A DNA stretch of 64,000 nucleotides. It comes from Psilocybe cubensis (taxonomy: Eukaryota). The DNA is taken from the NCBI GenBank assembly GCA_017499595.2, contig CM039007.1:620001-684000 (forward strand). The letters run 5' to 3'. A program made the position numbers and the translations under genes. Positions 14,195 through 28,000 of this stretch are shown here, one piece after another; position 1 is the stretch's first letter, and each line of letters begins with the position of its first letter. The notes below the pieces were generated by a model. The model made no database searches. It saw only the letters and a program-made list of their open reading frames with translations, and was not told the origin of the DNA.

Positions 14195-16790
14195 ATGGTT
14201 TCTTCCTTCATTTCGGCAACTGGAGTATGGCTACTTCCACTGATCGTGTACCTTGGAAAGGTCATAGCTGCACCGCCTGATAATGTCTCGACCCCGATTG
14301 TTAAACTCGACTATGGGTCCTTTCAAGGAAGAGTAACCGGGAAGCTCGAGATGTTTCTTGGCATGCCGTTCGCAGCACCCCCGTATGCATCTCACCAGAG
14401 ATTTTGTATAAAAATTTGGCTAACCTTTTGGTTTGCGCAGGATTGGAAACCTTCGCTTTGCACCGCCCGAGCCTCCAATTCCTTTTCAAGGCGTTCGCCA
14501 GGCAACGAATTTTGGTTCTGCATGCTTCCAGCAAATGCAGCCACCAAACAACCACTCTGCGTCTTCTAGCTCGCTTTCTGTATCAGAGGACTGTATGCAA
14601 CTACTAGTTGTGCATCTATTGTTTGACAATTAACCTTGTCTTTGCCCCAGGTCTTTTTATCAATGTGGTTAAACCTGCACAGATCCCTCCCAACAAAGCA
14701 CTGCCCGTTTTATTCGTGAGTATTTGACTTGAATCTTTGAATATTATAACATCAGGTTTAACGTTGATGCATCAGTGGATATACGGAGGTACATTGATTT
14801 CTTTTAAAAATTCGATGTATTCTATATGGATCAACACTACCAAATTAGGTGGATTTCAAGTTGGGGACACGTCGCTTCGTCCAGGGGATACTGTAGTCTC
14901 GCGTTCAATTGCCTTAGGCGAGCCAGTGATATATGTATCGGCAAATTACCGCCTCAGTGGTTAGAATTATTCTTCATAAGTGCCCTTTCTGCTTCATCTA
15001 ACGGTTTCGAAATCACCTTTAGCCCTTGGCTGGCTGGCTGGGAGAGAAGTCAAGGAAGCTGGGATTGGAAATGCAGGGCTAAGAGATCGTCAGTTGACTT
15101 GTACAGATCCATATACTCTATCACTAATATATTCCAGAGCGCTTTGCCATGCAATGGGTACAGGATCACATAAAAGATTTCGGAGGTGACCCTAATAGGG
15201 TAACAATGTAACTTGTTTTTGTATGTCTTTGCCATATAGTTGATAACCTGGATATTGTGGAATTTTACAGTTGGGGTGAAAGCGCGGGTGCTATCTCTGT
15301 GGGCGCACACTTGGTTGTAAATGACGGTAATCCTGCCGGACTATTCCACGGAGCAGTAATGGTATGTTCCATGATTTGCTTTGATTCGGCTTCCGATTAA
15401 TCCTATCATTTTATATAGCAATCGGGATCTCCACTTCCTACTGTGGACATGACTACCAAGCAACCCGTCTTTGAACAGCTTTTAGCTAACACCCGGTGTA
15501 CAGGGTCCGCTAATCCAATTGCATGCCTGAGAGCAGTCCCATTCGACATGTTAGGGGAAGCTATGAATTTATCCGACAGTTTATCCTCATTTTCAAGCCT
15601 TATCATCCCGTGGCAACCCACCGTAGATGGCGATTTTATCAAGAGAGATCCACAAGTCTCTATTCAGAAAGGTTTATACGCAAAGGTGTGTGTATAAATT
15701 GATTTGGGTTTACGGAGCGTTCACACGGTTCTTCACATTGCTAGGTTCCATTTATTACAGGGGATTGTGACGACGAAGGAACGTGAGTATGATTTATTGT
15801 ACAGGCATGCTTGAGTTTCGTTAATCTTCTGATGCCTTATCGAAGGCTATTCTCTCAGTCCAACACAAACATCACGTATGTATTCCTTATCTCTGGGTAG
15901 CATCAGCTCAAATAGGGAAAAACCGTTTAAAGTACCAACGAAGAATTCTTGTCTTATATGAAAAACATGTTTGTACATTCCGATTTTTCTTGACACGAAT
16001 GAGACGCTAAGAATATGTGTAGCTATTTCCGAGGTCTGGTATCCGAGGAACAGTTGGCCGAAGTCGCCGCAGCATATCCTGAAGACATCACCTTGGTCAG
16101 TACGAATCAGTTGCTTTTAGACGGCCTTCATGCTAAACATGGTCGCTGGTTTGCTAGGGATCCCCATTCGATACTGGAACTGCCAACGCAATCACGTATT
16201 GTGTTTCTCCTGCCCATTTAAATAACTGACCTGAGAACTACTGATAGGCCAGAGTACAAGCGCCTGGCGTCAGTTTCAGGTGACCTGTTCTTCCAAGCTC
16301 CCCGCCGGTTCTTCTTGCAGGCCGCGTCAAAGACCCAGCCAACCTTTGCATTCTGTAAGCTCTTTTTTGCGAGATATTGGCTTTGATTGACCTCGCATGA
16401 GTATTCAAACGTGGAAAATCCACCCCCGATATAGGAGCGGCCCATGCAAGCGATCTTCCAGAGTTTTATGGAACAGGAACAGACCCCGACTTCATTGGCA
16501 CAGATGGACTAGGTACTTGTTGTGACCATTTTTCGATAGCGCAAGGAAGGCTCACCTGATTCATAGTCAATTTCGCGAACACAGGGAACCCATCGCTTCC
16601 CAAAAACCCTATTAGCCTCCTCTCCGCCGTTGACTGGAAACCCTGGAGCTCCTCCCCGACCAATCCCCCAATTTTGACGTTCCTGGACCCGGCTCCTGCA
16701 ATTTCGATTACATCCGATACATTCAGAGAAAAAGCGATGAATTTATTGTCGCAAATCTCTCTGGAACTCTACTCAAGCGCCGGACAATGA
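14195..16790 (+). CDS. Secreted type-B carboxylesterase/lipase (alpha/beta hydrolase, many short exons)
   Basis: Signal peptide; FLGMPFAAPP, LRFAPP, SEDC, WIYGG, SANYRL, GNAGLRD, FGGDP, nucleophile WGESAG (~15272), DDEGT and HASDL. TATA-like TATAAAA at ~14151. Confidence 0.93.
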
Positions 16791-17464
16791 GAGCCAGTAT
16801 ACGTGTCCCCTTGACGAGTTGAAATCAAATCAATTTTTGTGTGTTTTATGACTTAAATTCAATATCCAACGTGAACAGTGAACTTCTGAAATTTCTGAGG
16901 AATTGTTCAGACAGGTGCTACTAGCGACTTGTGGTGACCAGTTTAATAAATTTTTTCTTGGCGAAATGATCCGATGGCTGCCATAGGTCTCCACCGTAAT
17001 TCCATTCTTCTGCTAGTGTGTCCGACAATTTCTCTGGCGCAACACTTTCTAGTCCTAATTTGCAGCCCGCTACACGCTCTTTCTATTGTATTATCGCAAT
17101 ACACAAGATCCAAGCTCGAGCCTTCTTTCTTTGCCTGCAAAAGTACGGTCAACCGGCCAACAATACAAGCTCTGCCGATAAATCTATCCCTAAGCGCGGT
17201 CCTTGATACTCCAGTCCAACTCGGTCCCTTCTGTTACTTAACTTCCCCGTACCCAGCCAAATGTGTATCGTTGATTTTTTCAGATGCCCCGCTCCGTTGA
17301 CTCTGAAACTGCGAGGGCTAATATTTGTTCTGAGAAGAGAGCAATAGTTGCAATCTCGACAGTAAGCATTACATTGTTGCCACACAATCGATCATTTAGG
17401 TCCGCCACATATCTACTCTACTCCAAAGCAACCGACACCTCCTCTTACTTCATAAACCACCATC

Positions 17465-18651
17465 ATGGTCAACCCGGCAGTCAACGATAGTCAAACAGAA
17501 TCATCGGATAGGGTGCGTATGATTTCATTCCCCTTGCTGTAATCCTTTTACAGTGCCCATCTGAATCAGAGGCGCAAGACCGTAACCTTTGCCGAGTACC
17601 TGGCGTCGATACGTGATGAATCCACTCAGAGCATTACGACCCCCACGTCGAGCAACCGAGCACTTCTGTTGCAAACCACCCTTCCATTTTCACAACAAAC
17701 GCGCCCACAAAGTTCTCAAGCGCCCCATAACGCTCCCACCAAAAGGAAGGCTACAAGCCCTGGAGACGATCCCAAACAACGAAAGCTGTCTGAGTGGGCA
17801 TTTTGTCAGCCCAAGAAGACTCACAGCATCGCCAAGGACTTAACAGCACCGTCCTCGTCCATTACACTATCTAAGAGTGCAAAGACAAAGAAGGATGTGA
17901 TAGCCTTGAAGGCAGATGTCGTTGAACCAGTTTCTGACGATGAATGACAGAGAACAGAGTCATATATCATCGATCCAGATCAAATGGTTAGTGTGGAGTC
18001 GATATCAAGCCTCCAGACATGACTCAACGTGAGCAGATCAATAAGACTAACCTGACTCGCTGTTATCGCCTCAAAGGCCAATATCTTAAGGATGTTTCGT
18101 TAGTCAGAGTCAAGTATGTTCGGTATCATATAATGCTCATATTAGGCACTGACTCTCTCTTGTTAATTTTCAGATACGAAGACAGAAAGCTATCCAAGGA
18201 CACGGTGATACAAGGAGCTAAAACAAATCTCTATCGGGAGAGGGATGCCGAATTTCAAGCTTGGAAAATGCATGGAGGGCGAAAGCAATTCGTCCAATAG
18301 TGAGTGCTGTCACATATCCGCGTTTCCCTTCATATATCTCATCGTATTATTTTCAGTTTGTTGGATGCATACCTCAAGTGGGAAACCAGAAATTCCATAC
18401 GCAAGACTACCTTTCTGATTCCCGAATCATACTCGTCCGCCTTCCTACGTTTGTGGAAAAGGCAAAAGCCTTGCCCCAAGCAAGATCCTTACATATCTTT
18501 TGTTAAGGCTCATGTCGAGTCAACTTCAGATGCCAATTCCCAGAGTTCTACTTCTAGCATCAACAACCCCGAACCGTCGAAGCCACCAAAGCCTCGGAAG
18601 ACCCCATGGCCAACCGTAACGAAAAGTTTGGCCTCAGAAAATGCCACATAA
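17465..18651 (+). pseudogene. Hypothetical gene with XPA-C-terminal-like helical segment, apparently disrupted
   Basis: Exons encode INKTNLTRCYRLK...NLYRERDAEFQAWKMHGG. An in-frame TGA at ~17945 corresponds to TTG in the duplicate at ~27665. The domain assignment rests on motif recollection only. Confidence 0.45.
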
Positions 18652-19016
18652 TCCCGGAAACGGACTACCAAGTACCCTATTTTGTAGTGCAGAACTTACA
18701 TTACTGAAATATATTCATCTAGCTTGGGTAGTATTCATAGTGTATATATCTGTGTGTGTTATTAGATTATATCTGCATCCAATATCTTTGACGCGTCATT
18801 GGGTAGACGCGTGTACCGCGCATGCTCGGCGTATCCGGAGGCTGGCAAGCAGTTGCCGTCTGAGCTTCAAAGGCATTGTGACTACTCACAGCTTTTCCAT
18901 CGGCATATTAATAGCGGCGCTTGTAAATTGAACGCAAGCAATGCCGACACCACCGATGCTTTACCACTGACTGCTACCCACGCCATCGATTCTGTTGTCA
19001 CAAAATCCAGCGGACG

Positions 19017-20607
19017 ATGACGAGCAGGATCCTGCTTCGTATTATGAAAGCTGGCCTTGAACTCGCTGCTGTCCATAAGACAGCTCTCGTTCAGACAAGT
19101 ATCTAAATCCCATTTAACGCCAGATATACCACTACTGCCACCCATTGAGGTCACAAATTTTCATTCAACACCCTCACGTTTATTCAAGTACGGTCGGCGA
19201 ATGGGGTAGCTTGCAGCAGGAGCAGCAACGGTCTTCACTTTGGATAGGGTTTACAACGTGCTTTCTTTGTGTAACTCGGACACTGATGACGTTTACAACG
19301 GTGAGTGTCTACTTACCATATGGTTTCATACATGGTCTTCAACGCCTCTTTATTTCCAATAGAGTGCTGTGATTACTTGGGATTTCAAGTCCAATTTCAC
19401 GCCAGGCGAGAGCGAGTAGATACCGGAGTTGTACAAGTGTGTTGGACAGGCCCGCGGTTTTTGACCTGAAAACGGCTAACAGGGATTTATGAATCAACTT
19501 TGGGTGCGTCTCTTAACATCCTCATACCAGTGACCCTCTCTGAGAGCAATGACAGGCGGATAATAGCTGCAAACGCAGCGGAGCTTCCAGAGCTGATTCA
19601 GAAACAGTTCGCCAGCCTGTTTGACGACGCACCTCAGGTTCCATACTCAACCATCCACCGTGTATTCGTAGGCGAGCTGGGGCAGCCCCCGAGCAGGCCC
19701 AACGGTGTTTTTGAAGTTTTTGAAGAAAGGGCTGTATCCAGCGCAAGCCTCGCACACCTTCACAAGGCGAAGCTCTGGCCCACGCACGACGAAAGTGGAC
19801 TGTGATGGACGAGGGAAGGTGGGTTTCAGTGAAAGTACAAAAGCCTGACGTGGTAAAGCAAATGCTGTGGGACATCGCTGTGTTCATGTGGATGTTTGAT
19901 CATTTGGTGTTCGACCTGCCCGTACACTTCGTCGTTGGTGTGTATTCTACACTTGATACATTGATATTACTCGTATCAATTTGCCTAACTCATTTCACGA
20001 TTTTGTAGATTTTATTGCAGACCATCTGAGATACGAACTAGACTTCAGTCGGAATCTCCACTTTATTATCCCCCTTGACGGCGTTGTCGTTCTACTACCC
20101 AGGACACCCACACAAAGGCGGTGTCAAATCTCTCATTCAAACCTTGAATGAGCTGTTCTCCGCGCAGATGTTCTAGTTTGGACATGTGCACTGCGATCCA
20201 GGGTGAAATCGTTATCCGCACCCCGCCTAGAAACTTCACCCAGCTATAAGTCGTTCTGCTCGACCATGGGCTTTGTGTCCAGCTTCCTGAAGAATTCAAG
20301 ATGGAGTAGGTGGAGCTGTGGCGCAAACATGCACCTCACATTCTCTGAGCCCACGCAGGAGTGGTACAACCGCACACGCTTCCAGCTCAGCATGTTCAGC
20401 ATGGACTTCGCCATTTGGAAGGCATTAGTCGGGTTCTGGCTGCGCACACTTCCCCCTCAGATGCACGCTCGCATGTGTCGTGCTGCGCTGCCGCAGGACG
20501 ACAAGAAGAAAAAAATGATAAAGGAGGAGATGGAGGCGCTAAGGGAGTTTATTGAGGATGCCATGGGCATTGATCTGCCGGATGCACTCCCTGACTTGGA
20601 GATGTGA
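19017..20607 (+). pseudogene. ABC1/ADCK (UbiB-like) atypical kinase pseudogene, decayed inverted copy of 48561-50925
   Basis: Colinear similarity to the intact copy (MTSRILLRI..., QKQFASLFDDAPQVPYSTIHRVF, VKVQKPDV, MFSMDFAIWKALVGFWLRT). It has a premature TAG at 19207-19209, frameshifts and large internal deletions. Confidence 0.88.
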
Positions 20608-20913
20608 TCTGGAGTTTTGGGAGGATGTTAGTGAGGCTGGCAGAAGTCAAATTGTAACGCGTTGTATCAGTGGCCTGGCTTGCTTTTGAACATTTTATGA
20701 TAAATATATCTGCTAATTTTGTGACGTAGCAATATCTCTGTACATGTACTACTGTATAGTCACCTGCACTCCACTCACTTCAATATTTATTGCATACCGG
20801 ATCACGAATAAAACTACAATGTTCAAACTAATGAGATATGACATGAAGAATTTGTTGTTACATGAAATATATCCAAGCAAGTTACAATACTAAAGCTACT
20901 ATCTATCTCTCTG

Positions 20914-23838
20914 TCACTTCTTTCTAGGTTGCTTAGCTTTGGTCCTGCCTTCGCTCTCGACCTCCCTCGCATCGACATGGTCTTCGTTGGATCGAGGACG
21001 CTTACGCTCTGGTTCTCCTACCGCAGATCCTTCTGCCACCGAATTCCTAATTTCCTTTACCAATAAAGAGATTTTGGACCAATGAGAGTCCCCATCATCG
21101 TCGTCAGGATCTTGAGCCTCAGAAGCCTTTGTGACCTCAATGTTGAGGAGTTCAAAGATGTCGAAAAAGATGTTATGGATTTTGGAGTACGACCCGATAT
21201 CATCATATGTCCTCCACTTACCACGATCGACGTAGTGCTGGTAGAGATCATGCCTCAAGAGAAAGAGAGCACTGACAAGAGGGAAAAGCGATTCTGGTGC
21301 CTCGGCGACGATAGATTCTCCGATTGAGGGTTCGGTGATGCACCTCATTCTGGAATCAGTTGGCTTCATCTCATTCACGAAAATAGCCTTGCCAAAGTCC
21401 TGGAGGGATTGTGTCGAGTGCTCTGGGTGAAGACGGCAGCATATATTCCAGAGAAGAATCCACCATATCGATTCTAAATCGTGCTGAAAATTGTGCAGGA
21501 CTCCAGTGGCCTTTTTGGCAGTTGTAGACATCTGAAGCTTTTGTTTGAATTGGGCGAGCCTCTCCACGTTTATACGTTTGTGTTCAGTTTTGACTGTATT
21601 TTTGGCAGGATCAAGTGGCGCTTCGATGATTGCATTGTTGAATTCGGCAGAAAAGAGGTAAGACGACATCATAACCTCCAGAGGCATAAAGTACGGTGTT
21701 CCCTATATACATATTCAGAAAACGGTTACGGTGTAAGGCAAGAAGGTACATACGGTTTTTGGATCTGCTGCGGGGGCTGAACCTTTTGGCATCGGAAATT
21801 TCTTGGCATATTCAAGGTCAGAGATTTTCGCCAGCCACGGGCCCTTGCTCTCTAAAGTCTTCTTGAAGGCAAGTATGTTTCCGGAACTGATGTCCCTATG
21901 GACCCATCCCGCACAGAACAAAAGCTGAAGGGCTAGAGAAAGAGAGGTCAGGTTTTACAATTTGAATGAAAAGAAAGCAAGCCGCATACGGGTGAGAGTT
22001 TGAAAGAGCACAGTGACAACATCTCCTATGGTTTCGAGCCGTCCAACGGTTTTACAAAGCTCTTTGAACAGGACGCGATACTGCCTCTTTGGTGAATATT
22101 CGCGTGGGACTACTGGACGCTTTGTTATTTTCGAAGCAATAGGATGTGTGTTGACAGATGCCTGATCGTTCTGCAACTGTGATTTTTGAGATTTAGCACC
22201 GGTTCGTGGGAGATGTGGTGCAGGGTCGGGCTCAGCGAGTAGATCTGTTGTTTGGATTCCATCCTTTGCTCGTAGTTTGGTTAACTGTCCACTGTGGTCA
22301 AGGACAATTTCGAGAAAGTACTTCTTGTAGCTTCCATCAAGAACAATCTGTTGGTGGGCCTTTTTGATTTCTTTGAGTTCCGTCGGTTCGTCCGTACTAT
22401 TCCAAAATTGTTCAATATCGCCAAAAATGGTGTCCTGTATCTTCTTTTCGGTCTCGGCAGTGCTGTCGAGCCACACATCTTTCAGAACAAGGGGATCGCC
22501 AAACGCCTCACCGCTTTCGTTGACTTCGACCACTTTGTAGACACGCGCCATGCGGCCAGTGATGTTGTTCGAGCGATATAGCGATAAGGGCTCCAAAGTA
22601 CGAAAGAGACGAAACTCTTTGCTGCCTGGTGATTCGGGAAGCTTGAACGTGTAATTCCCGTCTGCTTCGAGCGTCACCGTTGGATCGTAACCAAGCTCTT
22701 CCTCGGTTGCGAACGTAAACGCAATAAGGACTTGAATGAATAATTTGGGATTCTGTAGGAAATTCATCAGAATAAGACTACGAAGAATATTTTAAGGATA
22801 GGAAGAACTACAGACCTCTGTGAAGTCAAAGGTATGCGACGCGGCTGAATGTGATCGACCATGATACCACAGCGTGACATTACGCTGTTCGGTTGTGATC
22901 TACGTGGCAAATCGTTAACTCAGTTCGGTCCACAACAAGAAGGCCAGAAACCATACCCCAAAAGTAAACATACGACGGACGTCGTCGTTCATGATCTGAA
23001 CATTCGCAGATACAGCTTGCAAAGCGTTCTATAGTGAATAAACGTCAGGCGAACCGCGCAAAAGAAGAGATGTTAAGTGGAAAATGGAACGGAACCCACT
23101 TGCCGTTTCTGCGACTCTGACAACTTGTGTTCCATTACAACTGCTATGTCGGTAGTCAGAAGCGGCTTGTTCTTTTCGAAAGCTGCGACAAATGCGGCAT
23201 CGATCTTGTTGTTGGACCCGCGATTGGGAGAATCTATCGGCTTGTATGGCACGTTCACGTAGCTGAATTTGTTACGGTTTCGCTGTCCAGGGTAGTCGAT
23301 ATTCCCAATGGTTTCAGCGATCTTTTCCCAACCTTTAAAGACAGCAATTTCGTTGTCAGTGAGTACTGCCATTTTTTTCTTGGGCGGGTACGCCCGAAAA
23401 GCAAAATTTGTCTCATCGCCAGTTAAGACGGATGGTATCGGGTCTGTGTCACTGCGAAGAGCGTAAGGTCCTGCGCCACGTCCCGTTGGAATGTCTTCTA
23501 AGAGCTTCTTAACAAAGTATTGCGTCTCCTTCTCGGTTGGAACGAAAGGGAGATAGGTTTCCATGAAGCTCTCGACGGGGCAGGTTATGAATTCGCCATC
23601 CATTTCTCTCGCAATCTGATTCCGAAGCTGCACGATGCCAATATCCTGTCCGAAGGATTTCTGGCTACGTGGGGTGTCGGGGAATCTGTAAATGTCGAAT
23701 GTTAGTTCGTAGTAGACGCGTGACAAAGGCTGCAAAAATGTATGGGAGAGGTTTGGTAGTCCTTTGGGTATAACCTTTAGCTTTTATTTTCTGACTGATA
23801 TGATATAGCACTCACTTGGTTTTGTTTTCGTTCGTCAT
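20914..23838 (-). CDS. Fungal-type protein kinase (FunK1), copy a
   Basis: ITGRMARVY, LVLKDVWLD, GWVHRDISSGNIL, ISDLEYAK, GTPYFMPLEV, HNFQHDLESIWW; multi-exon; probable ATG at 23838. Confidence 0.9.
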
Positions 23839-24289
23839 TGTGTGTAGGGGAAATGATGAATCACGAAGGATGCGCGTTGCATCTTAAGTATGTTTTGAGA
23901 GAGGCTTGGCGGTGCCCTTCGCGTCGCTGCAATCGGGTGCACGTGCTGTTCAATGATCTAGCCCATCATTTCTCACGGCCTACTCATTGTCTACCCAACC
24001 AGCCAACTTTGGCCCACAAGGGCCCACATCCGTTGTTCAATCAAACTGGCACCAACTTCCATTAGAGTCTGCGTTTTCTATTGTAAGTATGATATTTCGA
24101 AGGCCGAACAGGACAATCATGGTATGCAAATTTTCTAGGATAATATTAATTTTTGTTCTCAGTGGAATTTGGAAAGAATACTCGAGAGCTGGAACTACAT
24201 AGCGTGGAAGACCTTACCTCGTTTCTCCTAAAATAATTGAGTGGCCGTATTTATTGGTGTTAGTACCCTGAGAAAAAATAGCAACAGTA

Positions 24290-24480
24290 ATGGAGGATCA
24301 ATAATCTGCCCAACGGATTCACTGACTTGGACCTGTGATCTAGAGTCTCGGGAGGATGTCAGTGAGGCTGGCAGACCTCAACCGCAACGCGTTGTATTAA
24401 CGTGTGACTTTCCTTTGAGCATGCATTTTATAATATATATATTTGCTAATTTTCCAACGCCAAAGCTACTATTTATCTAT
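24290..24480 (+). repeat. Third copy of the ABC1 gene 3' end and 3' UTR (tandem-duplication scar)
   Basis: ctgacttggacctgtgatctagagtctcgggaggatgtcagtgaggctggcaga... matches ~20590-20720 and the reverse complement of ~48450-48580. Confidence 0.75.
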
Positions 24481-24483
24481 ATG

Positions 24484-27276
24484 TCACTTCTTTCTAGGTT
24501 GCTTGGGTTTGGGCCTGCCTGCGCTCTCGACCGCCCTCCCATCGACATAGTCTTCATTGGATCGAGGACGCTTACGCTCCGGCTCACCCACGATGGATCC
24601 ATCTGTCGCCTTATTGCTATGATTCTTCACCAGCAAACGAAGCTCCGACCAATGCAAATCTCTACCGTCCCCGGCACCTGAATCAAGTGCCTCGGTGGCC
24701 TGTATGTTGAGCAGCTTAAACACGTAGAAGAATGTGTTGTGGATCTTGGCATATGACCCAACATCATTGTATGCGCCTTCGCGACCACGATCGACATATT
24801 CGCTGTAGAGATTCTTCCTCAAGAAGAAGAGTGAAGCAACAAAGGAATAGATTGACTTTGGAGCGCTAACCGTCATGGATTCTCCGAATGTGGCTTTGGT
24901 GATGCAGTGGATTCGAGCATCAGTCGGCCTGATCTCATTTAGGAAAATGGCCTTGCCAAAATTCTGCAGAGACGGTGTCGATTGTTCTGGGTCGAGGCGG
25001 CAGCATACGTTCCAAAGAAGAATCCACCATAATGATTCTAGATCGTGCTGAAGGTTATGAGCGACACCAGTCGGCGGCTCGGCCGTCGCCGTTTCGAAAG
25101 CCTTTCTTTCCAGATTCGCAATGCTTTCTGCCAGTAATTGAAATTCGTGAATCTCAAGTGTATTCTCCTCAAAAACAGGCGATGGGGGGCGATGTTCCTT
25201 CGCTGTTATCGTGTCATCGTAGTCGGAAGAAAAGAGATAAGTTGAGAGCATGACCTCCAGAGGCATAAAGTAAGGAGTTCCCTGTAAGCAATGTTCAGAA
25301 GAGAACTATTTCGCAGTAAGATGATGTACATACCGTCTTCGTATTTGCAGCACATGCTGAACCTTGTGGAACAGGGAATTTTGTGGCATATTCAAGGTCA
25401 GACAGTTTTGCGAGCCACGGCCCCTGGCTTTCGAAATCTTTCTTGAAAGCAAGTATATTTCCGGAACTGATGTCCCTATGGACCCATCCCGCACAAAACA
25501 AAAGTTGGAGCGCTAGATAGAACATGTAAAGCTTTGAAAATTAAAGGTGGGGAAAACAAATCGCTTACGGATGAGGGTTTGCGATAGCACATTGACCACT
25601 TCTCCAAGGGTTTCGAGCCGTCCAGAAGGTCTACAAATCTCCTTGAAAAGGATGCGATATTGCCTCTTCTGCTCGCTCGGAATAGCTGGAAGGGCTGGTG
25701 GTTGGGAAACAATTCGGTGTGTGTTTACAAACGTCTGATCGTTCAAAGACTGCGATTCTTGTGATTTGGTACCAGTCACCGGAGCATCCAGTGCGAGGTC
25801 TTGCTCAGCGTCGAAGAAACCTCTGACTTCGGTTCCTATCTCTACTCGTACTTTAGTTTTCTGTCCGCTGTAGTCCAGGACAATCTGAAGAAAGTACTGC
25901 TTATAGCTGCCATCACGAACAAGTTTCTTGTGAGCTTCTTTGAAGCTCTTTAACTCCAGCGGTTCGTCTGGGCTGTCCCAAAATTGTTCGATATCGGTAA
26001 AAATGGCGTTCTGTATCTCTTTTTCCGTCTTCGCAGAGCTGTCGAGCCACACGTCTTTCAAAACGAGCGGATCTCCAAACGCCTCGCCGCTTTCCCTGAC
26101 TTCAACGACTTTGTAAACACGTGTCATTCGACCGGTGATGCCGTTCGAATGATAGAGCGACAGGCCCTCCACGGTGCGAAAGAACCGAAACTTGTCGCTG
26201 CCCGGTAAACTTGGAATCTTGAATGTGTAGTTTCGGTCTGGTTTAAGCTTTACCATTGAATCGTAGCCAAGCTCTTCTTCCGTTGCAAACAAAAATGCAA
26301 TAAGAACTTGTATGAATAATTTAGGATTCTGTGTGAATTTTGTCAGAGAAATGTTCTAACAATGAGGAAAGCTACAGACCGTGGATAAGTTAAAGGGATA
26401 CGACGCGGCTGAATGTGAACGATCATGATACCACAGGGTGACATTATGCCTTTCGGCTGTTATCTGTGTGGTATATCGTGGATGTCAGCTCGGTCAACAG
26501 CAAAATGTAGAAAAAGCGCACCCCAAAAATGAACATACGACGTACGTCTTCGTTCATGATCTGAACATTGGCAGAGACGGCATGTAACGCGTTCTAAAAT
26601 GAGTAAACATTAGAAGATACGCGCGAAAGAATGGTCTTTAGCTGATCTATGGAATGGAACTCACTTGCCGATTGTGCGACGCAGCGACTTTGTGCCCAAC
26701 TACAACAGCTATGTCGGTCGTCTGAAGCGGCTTGTGCGTATCGCAGGCTGCAACAAATGCGGCATCGATTTTGTTGTTGTAGCCTCGGTTGGAGGAAGCT
26801 ATCCTTTTGTTCGGCACGTTTACGTAGCTGAATTTGTTGCGTTTTCGTTCCCCAGGATATTCAATATTTCCAATGGTCTGTGCAATCTTCTCCCATCCTC
26901 GAAAGACGGTGATTTTGCTGTTAGACTGCCGCCCCCGTTTGCTCTGGAGTGGGTAATCTCGAAAAGCAAAAGTTGTCTCGTTTCCCGTTAATACAGACAA
27001 TACTGGCCGTGTAGCTACGTCGCTGGAATGAGAAGCATTACCAGCCCTGGACCCCGTTGAAGTGTCCTGTAAAAGTTGCTGAACAAAGTATTGCGTTTCA
27101 TTGTCATTTGGGACGAAAGGCAGGTAGATGTTCATGAAGCTCTCGACAGAGCATCTAATGAACTTGAACTCGCTATCCATTTTCCTGATAATATGCTGCT
27201 GCTTCGGACGCTGCACGATACTAATATGACAATATTTATGTATACGCAGGCTTGTTTCGGGATAGTGTACGCGCAA
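24484..27276 (-). CDS. Fungal-type protein kinase (FunK1), copy b; 5' end uncertain
   Basis: ITGRMTRVY, LVLKDVWLD, GWVHRDISSGNIL, LSDLEYA, GTPYFMPLEV, HNLQHDLESLWW. Intron positions match copy a. Confidence 0.87.
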
Positions 27277-27514
27277 AATTGGTGCTCCTTGGGTTGGTGT
27301 ATGTTTGTAGTTGAGGAGATGGTAAATGATTGATCACGAAGAACGTGCAGGTTTACCTCAAGGGAATCAACACAGGCTTAGCGGTGCCCTTCGCGTCGCA
27401 GCGATTGGATGCACGTGTTGTCAAAAGAATGGTCTGGCCCATCAATTTCTCACGGGCCACCCGTTGTCCACCACTGTTGCCACATTCGTCGTCCAATGCG
27501 TATGATTACATCCC

Positions 27515-28000
27515 CTGAGTAGGCATTTTGTCAGCCCAAGAAGGCTCAGAGCATCATCAAGGACTCAACAGCACCGTCCTTGTCCATTACACTATCTAAA
27601 GGTGCAAATAATGACGCGATAGCCTTGAAGGCAGATGTCGCTAGACCAGTTTCTGACGATGAATTGCAAAGGACAGAGCGATATATTATCGATCCAGGCC
27701 AAATGGTCAGTGTCGAGTCGATATCAAGCCTCCAGTCATAACCTGACGCGCTGTTATCGCCTCAAAGGCCAACATCTCAAGGATGTTTCGTTAGTCAGAG
27801 TCATGCACGTTCGGTATCATGTAATGCTCATGTTAGGCACTGACTCTCTCTTGTTATTTTTCAGATACGAGGACAGAAAGCTATCCAAAGACACAGTGAT
27901 ACAAGGAGCTAAAACAAATCTCTATCGGGAAAGGGAGAGGGAGCCGAATTTCAGGCTTAAAAAATGCATGGAGCGCGAAAGAAATTCCTTCACTAGCGAG
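27515..28000 (+). pseudogene. Partial direct duplicate of the XPA-C-like gene segment ~17790-18310
   Basis: Highly similar nucleotide stretch (gcattttgtcagcccaagaag...; NLTRCYRLKGQHLKDVSLVRV...YEDRKLSKDTVIQGAKTNLYRER) with a deletion and a frameshift. Confidence 0.8.
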
